A DNA stretch of 20,455 nucleotides from the NCBI RefSeq assembly GCF_006345805.1, contig NW_021823984.1, positions 1 through 20,455 of the forward strand, written 5' to 3'. The notes beneath the pieces are model-generated. The model searched no databases. It saw only the letters and a list, made by a program, of their open reading frames with translations, and was not told the DNA's origin. Each line of letters opens with the position of its first letter. Positions within the stretch are counted from its first letter, which is position 1. The stretch comes from Octopus sinensis (lineage: Eukaryota). Shown piece after piece: positions 10,975 through 20,455 of the stretch. Made by a program: the position numbers and the translations under genes.

Positions 10975-12059
10975 TTCTTTATGCTTACATACTAATAACT
11001 TTCAAGTCACCTCTAACCTACTAATTGTATACTAATTACTAGTTATATCACACAGCTTACGTACCGAAGCCCCACGGTCTATTTTGCGCAACAGTTATAC
11101 TTTATCGTAGATCGCTGCTTACTCTTGACACTATCACTGATGCACTCAGCTGTCTTACCTGTGGTAGCCATGACTAAGGCTACTTCAAATTAACAAGCAG
11201 AGGAGCTCTTAAAATTTTGGTATCACCACTAACAAGTCCAGGGTATATTATACTTATAAACACACAGTAAAGACAACGTCACCCGTGGTTGTGCGGTGTA
11301 CTAGATTGACAGCCAAGGAAATTTCAAGTTCCGTCTCGTAATTTGTCCGGTTTAAAGAACGCGCCGGATTATACATGTTACGTGTATCTATCTATCCCTC
11401 TTCCAAGTAAGTTTTATCTTAATAATTCTGATGTGCACTCTACCTTTTCACTCTTTCGTTTTTCTCTTTCTCTCTCTTATTCTTTTACTTCCTCTTCTCC
11501 CATTATTCTATCCTATTACTCTTCCGTTTTTATCTCTTATTCTTCTACCTCCCCTTCTCCTCCTCCTGTTTTTTCTCACTTATGCTATCTCCAATTTTTT
11601 CCTCTCTCCTTCACAGTTCTCTGTCCGTCACTCTCTCTCCCTTACTCTTCCTCCCTTGCTCACCTGGCTCCCACATGATCATCCGCCATCTTTCTTCTAA
11701 CATGTGTTTCTTTCTTTCTTTCCGTTGTTGCTGGATCAAGGAAGACGTGTTCTTGTCTGTCTCCTGTCCAAGCTTGATTTACGCGTTCGCCCCCACAACA
11801 AGTTTTAGGCTTAGCAGCCCTTTCTGTTTGTTTTCACTGTCCTCTTTGTGTTACCAAATTTGACTCTTCGCAAAATCCCAAATTTTATTTAATTTGCTTT
11901 GCGGGAGCAATTGTTTTATCGAAAGCGTATATTGTTGTTAAATGCTCGAAATACGAGAGTACAAAAACCGCCAACAATTGATGAAGGGTCGTGGAATAGT
12001 TCATATTCCACGTACTTTGTATTTTTGTTGTACACGTTTCGTGTGATGTCTTCTGCCCA

Positions 12060-12078
12060 CATATGCATATATATATAT

Positions 12079-12157
<79 letters not shown>

Positions 12158-12176
12158 TATAATATATATATATTAT

Positions 12177-12237
<61 letters not shown>

Positions 12238-12245
12238 ATATATAT
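12060..12245. repeat. Long (TA)n tract
   Basis: Directly visible; forms the left flank of the 604-bp array. Confidence 0.95.
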
Positions 12246-14348
12246 AAGAAGTTTCGGTAAGATAGAATTATTTATTATTTAATATTTAATATTTAGTTCT
12301 TATGCTTCCTTAAAACTTGATTTCGAAACGTACGTCCGTGGATAACTAAAAAAATGTATGATAGATTGCAGTCAATTCATCCTCTCTTACCTGTTTGTGT
12401 TCTGCCTTCCAAATGCTGTTTTTACTGAGATCTCCCTTTTTAGTAGAAGAAATAGCTATAACCCTTTGACTGCTATTTCTAAATTCGGTATGTGGTAAGG
12501 CAACTCGTTGCTAAACCCTTATTGCTTAGTATTACTTAAATTTTCCTCGAATGAGGCTTTTACATGCCGAAGACTACTTGGTGTAATTGATAATTTTTCC
12601 AAATAATTAATTTCCCCTTCATTATTACGGATAACCATATTTTATCTCGGTAGATGACACAGCATCTTGTTTTGGCTACACGCGGGTGGGAAGGGGCTGT
12701 TGACACAATCGTTTCATTCACAAATTGAATTCGGTGATACCAGTTGAGGATTCTAGCTCGCTCTGATACTGAGTGGAGTTGGTGCCTTCTGGTATCTCAA
12801 AATTCAATATATAATCATTTATGATTATAGTATTCTACGCTGAAGAGAAAAGAAGTTTCGGTAAGATAGAATTATTTATTATTAATATTTAATATTTAGT
12901 TCTTATGCTTTCCTTAAAACTTGATTTCGAAACGTACGTCCGTGGATAACTAAAAAAATGTATGATAGATTGCAGTCAATTCATTCTCTCTTACCTGTTT
13001 GTGTCTGCCTTCAAATGCTGTTTTTACTGAGATCTCCCTTTTTAGTAGAAGAAATAGCCTATAACCCTTGACTGCTATTTCTAAATTCGGTATGTGGTAA
13101 GGCAACTCGTTGCTAAACCCTTATTGCTTAGTATTACTTAAATTTTCCTCGAATGAGGCTTTTACATGCCGAAGACTACTTGGTGTAATTGATAATTTTT
13201 CCAAATTAATTAATTTCACCCTTCATTATTACGGATAACCATATTTTATCTCGGTAGATGACCACAGCATCTTGTTTTGGCTACACGCGGGTGGGAAGGG
13301 GCTGTTGACACAATCGTTTCATTCACAAATTGAATTCGGTGATACCAGTTGAGGATTCTAGCTCGCTCTGATACTGAGTGGAGTTGGTGCCTTCTGGTAT
13401 CTCAAAATTCAATATATAATCATTTATGATTATAGTATTCTACGCTGAAGAGAAAAGAAGTTTCGGTAAGATAAGATAGAATTATTTATTATTTAATATT
13501 TAATATTTAGTTTATGCTTTCCTTAAAACTTGATTTCGAAACGTACGTCCGTGGATAACTAAAAAAATGTATGATAGATTGCAGTCAATCATTCTCTCTT
13601 ACCTGTTTGTGTCTGCCTTCCAAATGCTGTTTTTACTGAGATCTCCCTTTTTAGTAGAAGAAATAGCTATAACCTTTGACTGCTATTTCTAAATTCGGTA
13701 TGTGGTAAGGCAACTCGTTGCTAAACCTTATTGCTTAGTATTACTTAAATTTTCCTCGAATGAGGCTTTTACATGCCGAAGACTACTTGGTGTAATTGAT
13801 AATTTTTCCAAATTAATTAATTTCACCCTTCATTATTACGGATAACCATATTTTATCTCGGTAGATGACCACAGCATCTTGTTTTGGCTACACGCGGGTG
13901 GGAAGGGGCTGTGGACACAATCGTTTCATTCACAAATGAATTCGGTGATACCAGTTGAGGATTCTAGCTCGCTCTGATACTGAGTGGAGTTGGTGCCTTC
14001 TGGTATCTCAAAATTCAATATAATCATTTATGATTATAGTATTCTACGCTGAGAGAAAAGAAGTTTCGGTAAGATAGAATTATTTATTATTTAATATTTA
14101 ATATTTAGTTCTTATGCTTTCCTTAAAACTTGATTCGAAACGTACGTCCGTGGATAACTAAAAAAATGTATGATAGATTGCAGTCAATTCATTCTCTCTT
14201 ACCTGTTTGTGTCTGCCTTCCAAATGCTGTTTTTACTGAGATCTCCCTTTTTAGTAGAAAAATAGCTATAACCCTTTGACTGCTATTTCTAAATTCGGTA
14301 TGTGGTAAGGCAACTCGTTGCTAAACCCTTATTGCTTAGTATTACTTA
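12246..14348. repeat. Tandem array of a ~604-bp unit, about 3.5 copies
   Basis: aagaagtttcggtaagat starts at 12246, 12850, 13455 and 14058 (periods 604, 605, 603); the fourth copy ends at ...gtattactta 14348; copies near-identical. Confidence 0.97.
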
Positions 14349-14523
14349 TATATATATATATATTATATATATAATATATATAGGTATAGATGTAAGTAGC
14401 ACATATAGATATGTATATATGCATATATATATATTATTTATATTACTATGTATATATATATATATATATATATAAATATATATATATACACACATACATA
14501 AACACACGTATATATAGCTGAAC

Positions 14524-14718
14524 TTATATCATGGATACATTAATAATGTATGGTTGACATGAACGAATGCCATTAATTGCCATCAAAATATTAACACCTA
14601 AAAAAGTAAAAACTGCGATTAAATGATCGAACACAATTTTCCAGATTCTATGAGCTTCCACAAACCATTTGTTTATTGATTTCGTTCGTTTTATTTCTTG
14701 TTCATTCCTTATGCACTG
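14524..14718 (-). other. Candidate coding exon (strong acceptor followed by a 64-codon open frame)
   Basis: Acceptor tttttttttttcactttttttcatttcag|cag; frame QCIRNEQEIKRTKSINKWFVEAHRIWKIVFDHLIAVFTFLGVNILMAINGIRSCQPYIINVSMI*. No family recognised. Confidence 0.3.
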
Positions 14719-14899
14719 CTGAAATGAAAAAAAGTGAAAAAAAAAAATGGATGATATATATCGACAATAATCAAATCAACATACATCGTTTAAACAAGAA
14801 CACAGACGATACGCATCTGCGTAGAGTTTAGGCCTGTGTTTTTTAACGTTCATTAATCTAATGGCACTGGTTTAGAGATATTAAATGCATGTATCTGTG

Positions 14900-14924
14900 C
14901 GTGTATATATATATTATATATATA

Positions 14925-14995
<71 letters not shown>

Positions 14996-15459
14996 CTCTA
15001 TATATTATATATATACACCACACATGTATATAGATATATTCTGCATATATATATATTTGTGTGTGTATGTGTGTGTGTATGTGTGTGTATGTGTGTGTCT
15101 GTGGATGTAAGTATGTATATATGTACATTTTTATATATACATAAATATACATAGATTCATACGTACATTGACATACGTATTCACACCGCACGCGTGTAAC
15201 AGCGTTAATGTATATTTATAGATATCTATATATGAACGTGTAATATATAAATATTTACATACTTGCATACAGACATACATACATACATACATACATACAT
15301 ACATACATACATAACATACATACATATTTAATTATTTATAAATATACATATACACATACACACACACACATATATACATATATATACATATACAGAGAGA
15401 GTGAGAGAGGTGTAAGAAGGAAGATCTATCCATCCATCCAGCCAGCCATCCATCCATCC

Positions 15460-15532
<73 letters not shown>

Positions 15533-15557
15533 GCAATCTATCTGTCTGTCTGTCTGT

Positions 15558-15615
<58 letters not shown>

Positions 15616-15646
15616 ATCCGTCTATCTGTGTCTATCTATCTATCCG

Positions 15647-15701
<55 letters not shown>

Positions 15702-15740
15702 ATCCGTCTATCTGTGTCTATCTATCTATCCGTCTATCTG

Positions 15741-15801
<61 letters not shown>

Positions 15802-15830
15802 TTCTCTCTCTGTCTTCATATATATATATA
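14900..15830. repeat. (TA)n, (TG)n, (TACA)n and long (CATC)n/(TATC)n blocks
   Basis: Directly visible. Confidence 0.92.
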
Positions 15831-16036
15831 TACTTATACGTAACACTAGACGCTGTTCAACTATTCAATAGGAAGCTAGAGAGCTGAAAATAATGACATG
15901 CGCATAAAATAAAATATATAACTAAAGCAGCAGAACAGCTCAACACTAGATTCAATGAAGGCCTTCAAAGGATTATCTCCCCTGTTAAATATGCATGGTA
16001 GAACGTGTATGGTGAATACGCGTTCAATCTACCCAT

Positions 16037-16074
<38 letters not shown>

Positions 16075-16312
16075 AGTATATACACTCGCACAGAGATACA
16101 CGCACACGCATCATTGTTTTCTGATGTAAATGCCTTGTTCTACATGACATTCGGCATGTTGTATGCAAAACGTTCTCTTATCTGTTAACAGATCGTGTTA
16201 TGCTTATTTGCTTCTACGTGTGTGTGTTCGGAACGTATGACTTTGTGAGTACACGCATGCGTACGCAAATATATTATATATATATATATTATATATAATA
16301 TATATATAATAT

Positions 16313-16364
<52 letters not shown>

Positions 16365-16597
16365 CAAATATATACATCCTTACACACAAATGTGTGTTCG
16401 TGTGATTTTGTTTGTGTATGCGTTTCCCACTGTACGTATATGCGTTTGTCTATATATTTGGGTATATGGGTGTGCATGCAAAATTCCTTCCATGTGTCAA
16501 AGATGAATAAAAATGGATTATTAATGTTCTTTCCCAAACTCAATTGATTAAATCCCAAAAGACATAACATCCTTTATCATTATTAATATCATTAATG

Positions 16598-16613
16598 TTA
16601 TTATTATTATTAC

Positions 16614-16680
<67 letters not shown>

Positions 16681-16686
16681 GTTGTT
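16598..16686. repeat. (ATT)n trinucleotide tract
   Basis: Directly visible; source of the poly-N/L ORFs. Confidence 0.95.
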
Positions 16687-16742
16687 GGTTGACTTGTTCT
16701 GTAGCTGCTTCGCCTTTTGTATTCTGGTTTCGATGATTAATG

Positions 16743-16745
<3 letters not shown>

Positions 16746-16787
<42 letters not shown>

Positions 16788-17084
16788 TCATTACATCATA
16801 CATATATATATATGTATGTTTGTATATATATATACATATATATATATACACGCACATATAACCAAATGAAATACATTTTTGTTTTTTAGCAAAATTTCAT
16901 GAGTTAGTCATATAAATATACGTATACAACACACACACATATATATATACACACACACACACATATACACACGAAAATTCTTGTGCATTTGCATCCATAT
17001 ATGAATCAATATATGCAAATATATATATATATAAAATGTATATGCATATACATATGTATGTAAATAGATTTGTTTACATGTCTG

Positions 17085-17160
<76 letters not shown>

Positions 17161-17390
17161 TAATGTCTATACGTATATATATGTATGTATTTATAAATAT
17201 ATATACATATATATATGTATATAACTATGTATCTATATGTATCTATATATATCTGTACTAGTATATATATATATAATATATATATTATCTATATATATAT
17301 ATATATATACATATACACATAGGCACACGCACACACACACACACAGACACACACGCACATACACACACACATACACATATATATATATAA
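16746..17390. repeat. (TA)n/(CA)n mosaic
   Basis: Directly visible. Confidence 0.9.
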
Positions 17391-17644
17391 AGAGACACAC
17401 AACGTGAATGAGCGAAGAGAGGTAAGTGGGGAAGAGAAACCGATGGCATATATAAACACATGTGTGTCTGATGTGGCTTACCTCAATGCTCATAACAAAT
17501 TGTTATTTATGATATGAACTGTTAACCCTCCAGGGGTAACCAGAACATATTTTAAGTTCTTCACACAATATTCAATAGATTCATATCACAAACAACCTCC
17601 CACAACATATATATTTGCATATTTTTACTTATATATATTTATGT

Positions 17645-17645
17645 T

Positions 17646-17696
<51 letters not shown>

Positions 17697-17758
17697 GTCT
17701 TTCTCTCTCTTTATCTATATATCTATGTATCTATCTATCTAGCCTTATCTCTATCTCT

Positions 17759-17790
<32 letters not shown>
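17645..17790. repeat. (TATC)n grading into (CT)n
   Basis: Directly visible; abuts the Tx1-like element. Confidence 0.95.
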
Positions 17791-19282
17791 AACGCGTGGG
17801 TACTGGGAACTAAAAGCGTCTTTCCCATCGAGACGGATTTTCAGAGACCGGATTTTCAGAGACCGGATTAGCACACTAGTAAAGAGGGCTTTGACGGGAG
17901 CCATCATCAACAACAAATGGTGGTTTTCCGTCAAGAGAGCAATAAAAGCAGAAGCGATTAGGTATAGTAAAGCACTAGCCATAGATAGAAACAGAGTAGA
18001 GGGTGATCTAGTTAAGAATCTAGAAGAGGCAATTAGAAGCGGCATCGCATCCGATATTTTGGCGGCGAGGTTGGCCCTCGACCAACACTTCAACGCCAAA
18101 CACGAAGGGTGTGTTGTCAGAGCTAGGATGCGTGCTCTAAGGAACGAAGGTGTTGGAGCCGCGTGAGAGGCCCGGGTGGCAGAGGCGCAACAGGGCAACA
18201 AAGCCACCATTCGGTCTCTGGTAGATGAACAGAGGCGCGAATTACTCGAGCCAAGTAAAATGTGTGAGGCCTTTCAGCAACATTTTACCCGACTGTTCTG
18301 GACGAGTTGCGGGCAAGAACGTAAGGTGGACTTCAGTGCCTACCTGCACAGCCTGCCACGACTCTCGACAAAAGAGGCAGGGCGCTGCGAAGGTGCCATC
18401 ACGCTGGTGGAAGTGTGAGACGCGATGGCAGAATGCTCCAGGGACAAATCGTCGAGTTTGGATGGTCTACTCTACGAGCTTTACAGTTGTTGTATGTGAG
18501 TGTTTGGGCGTTTGGCACGGAGCGGTGTACTGCAACTGGCAGCAAAACGGGAGCATACCTGGTTTTGTGAGCCGAGGAACCATAACACAGCTGAAGAAAG
18601 ATCTAAACAAGGGGGGCCTAATAGATAACTTTAGGCCAATCACTCTGCTTAATGCAGACCTGAAAATTTTGGCCAAGGTGTTAGCCAAGAGGTTGGCGTT
18701 TGTCATCGAGAAACTGGTCGAAAAGGCGCAAACGTGCGCTGTGCCGGGCCGGAGCATCCATGACAACCTCCATCTGATGCGCTACATCATAGACAGGGTA
18801 GTTAAGGAACCTGGCATGGGTGGGGCCCTGATCAATTTGGATCAATCGAACGCTTTCGATAGGGTAGTCCATCGATACTTGGAGGCTGTCTTTAGAGCGG
18901 CTGGTTTAGGTCCCGTCTTCCGCGGCTGGATAGCTGCTTTGTACAGAGGTATCCGTTCGGTAATTCGCGTAAATGGACATCTATCGAGACCTTTCGACAT
19001 TGCACGTTCGGTCCGTCAGGGATGCCCCCTCTCGTCGCTTCTATACGTATTAACTGTCAAACCATTACTGCGGAAGCTGGCGACTCTGAGAGGCATCCCG
19101 CGAGAATTGGGATGCGGGACGAGCGTGTTTGCATTCGCGGACGACGTAACTGTCATAGTGTCTAGCCACGAGCACATCGGACTGGTCGGTGAGACACTGC
19201 AAGACCACAAAGCGGTGACAGGAGCGAAAATCAATCGGGAAAAGTTAGTGGGCTTGCGGCTCGGCACCTGGAGAAGCAAGCT
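17791..19282 (+). mobile_element. Decayed Tx1-like (L1 clade) non-LTR retrotransposon ORF2 fragment: post-endonuclease linker plus RT domain, truncated at both ends
   Basis: GYWELKASF (cf. GYWKLN motif), NFRPITLLNADLKILAKVLAKRL, QTCAVPGRSIHDN, LDQSNAFDRV, RQGCPLSSLLY, AFADD, TGAKINREK..G.W. In-frame TGA at 18164 and 18416; frameshift at about 18485-18520; visibly more GC/CpG-rich than the flanks. Confidence 0.93.
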
Positions 19283-19312
19283 CATGCTTCTCTGAACCGG
19301 AACCATGCTTCT

Positions 19313-19375
19313 CTGAACCAGGAACCATGTGGTTCGTAAGCAAGCTACTTACCACACAGCCACTACTGCGCCTAT
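19313..19375 (-). mobile_element. 5' tRNA-like head of a family D SINE (truncated)
   Basis: Reverse complement ataggcgcagtagtggctgtgtggtaagtagcttgcttacgaaccacatggttcctggttcag matches the head at 19615-19670. Confidence 0.8.
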
Positions 19376-19380
19376 TATAA

Positions 19381-19412
19381 AAAAACCGCAATAATTATGC
19401 ACCAACCCAATA
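19381..19412 (-). mobile_element. Solo mariner TIR with TA target
   Basis: Reverse complement TA-TTGGGTTGGTGCATAATTATTGCGGTTTTT closely resembles the Hsmar1/MADE1-type TIR (TTAGGTTGGTGCAAAAGTAATTGCGGTTTT). Confidence 0.75.
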
Positions 19413-19529
19413 ACATAACAATAGAACTATACAAACGTTCTGATTAATAAAGAGAGAGGTGGGGAGAGAGCGAGAGAAGCGTTTATAAAAATATGAGGCA
19501 AAGCAACAATAATAAGAAACTTAAGAATG

Positions 19530-20423
19530 GTTACTGAAAAGTATTCAGTAGAAGCGGGTGGGCATTTTGAAAATACTGGAAGGACGCGCACCAGACTTTG
19601 AAATTGAAAGTTACACAGTGACAGTGTGGCAAGAAGCTTGCTTTCCCAACTGCATGGTTCGAGTTCAGTGGCACTGCGAGGCACCTTGGGAAAACGACTT
19701 CTCAAAGCCTTGTGAATGTATTTAGTAGACGGAAACTGAAAAAATCCCGTCATTTATATATATATATGTGTGTGTGTGTATGTGTGTGAGTATGTATATA
19801 CACAAACATATGTGTGTGTATGTGTGTGGTATATTTATGTCTGTGTTTTAGTGTCTGTGTTTGTCCCCCCATCGCCAACTCTTGACAACTGACGTTGGTG
19901 TGCTTACACCCCCATAACTAGGCGGTTCTGCGAAATAGACCGATAGAATAAGTACTAGGCTTTCAAGGAATAATTCTTGTGGTCAATTGACTAAAATTCC
20001 CGTAAGCCGGTGCTCCAGCATGGTCGCAGCTAAATGACTATAATAAGGAAAAGAATAAAAGAATAGCAGAACGGGACGCCACTGTGCAACGCCAAATATC
20101 CCAACATTGCCAACAGGATACAGCGCAGACACTGCAACCGCTTATGTTTTAAGGGTCCACAGCACTTCATTATCCTTCCCAAAAGCCTGAGTGATCTGCA
20201 TTGGGTGGATGCAGATCAGAATTAGATTTTCTCACATCAAGAGTTCCGGATGAACTTACATCACGGCAGAAAACGCAGATGAGAGCAGCAACATCAAGCT
20301 CCTTCGTTTACCAAATTCCACGCATCAGACAAGGTTTGAAGCTGTGAAAGTGCAGCAAAGGTAACGGGCGGTACTCCAGCATGGCAGTAGCTCTCGATCT
20401 GAAACGAGCGAAAGAAAAGAAAG
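19530..20423 (+). mobile_element. 3' end of a CR1/L2-group LINE (ORF2 C-terminus plus 3' UTR), degraded and interrupted by a SINE
   Basis: KILEGRAPDFEIESYT | (SINE) | NSRTGRHCATPNIPTLP / CNRLCFKGPQHFIILPKSLSDLHWVD / LDFLTSRVPDELTSRQKTQMRAATSSS, across frameshifts, fits the recalled CR1-group C-terminal pattern (WKILEG.VPN..GR.C..GP.LFN.LP..LD.FL..VPDEP..RAA.SNS). Ends in an A-rich tail. Clade assignment is from memory. Confidence 0.7.
19615..20065 (+). mobile_element. Near full-length family D tRNA-SINE with internal (TA)/(TG) microsatellite
   Basis: Head gtgtggcaagaagcttgc..ggttcgagttcagtgg; body cactgcgaggcaccttggg..gtagacggaaactgaa; internal (TG)n; tail ggtgctccagcatggtcgcagctaaatgact plus (GAATAAAA)-type end. 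Confidence 0.85.
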
Positions 20424-20455
20424 TAAATACCAAAAATTATAAGATATAACGATTT

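Noticed and set aside
12246-14348. CRISPR array, rDNA/5S/snRNA array or Helitron
   Set aside because: No repeat-spacer structure (whole units are identical); no recognisable structural RNA; no clear Helitron 5'-TC or hairpin-CTRR-3' termini.
17420-17485. Perfect splice donors on both strands (AG|GTAAGT plus; GAG|GTAAGC minus)
   Set aside because: The upstream frames I checked for the minus-strand donor are all closed, and the plus-strand donor follows microsatellite. This shows consensus donors arise by chance here, which tempers the other exon candidates.
18520-19282. Domesticated or active reverse transcriptase (stop-free RT core)
   Set aside because: No endonuclease or C-terminus, upstream stops and frameshift, and substitutions in conserved motifs (K>N in LDQSKAFD, P>S in PLSP). 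A stop-free stretch of this length is compatible with neutral decay of a young copy. The N-terminal ~95 aa of ORF 18225..19295 is out of frame with the true ORF2.
17731-19306. Minus-strand ORFs overlapping the Tx1 element
   Set aside because: Antisense shadows of the GC-rich ORF2.

Overview
Eukaryotic, AT-rich, repeat-saturated DNA with no intact host gene that I can identify. The mix of (TA)n/(CA)n/(TATC)n microsatellites and the particular tRNA-derived SINE families match my recollection of octopus/coleoid cephalopod genomes (inference, no database search). Most ORFs in the supplied track are translations of microsatellites. Recognisable elements: a doubly truncated, decayed Tx1/L1-clade retrotransposon ORF2 with RT domain (17791-19282); the 3' end of a CR1/L2-group LINE interrupted by a SINE with which it shares a 3' tail (about 19530-20423); a mariner 5' fragment with TIR and transposase HTH (7588-7947, minus); a second mariner TIR (19381-19412); one tRNA-SINE with an 11-bp TSD (8170-8552); and tandem SINE arrays (5606-6190 plus, 9632-10974 minus). 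The least explained structure is a 3.5-copy, ~604-bp tandem array (12246-14348) embedded in (TA)n. Each unit carries a strong minus-strand acceptor and donor defining a ~450-nt exon and ~153-nt intron but no clean ORF. A few isolated minus-strand exon candidates are low confidence. Family labels A-D for SINEs are my own.
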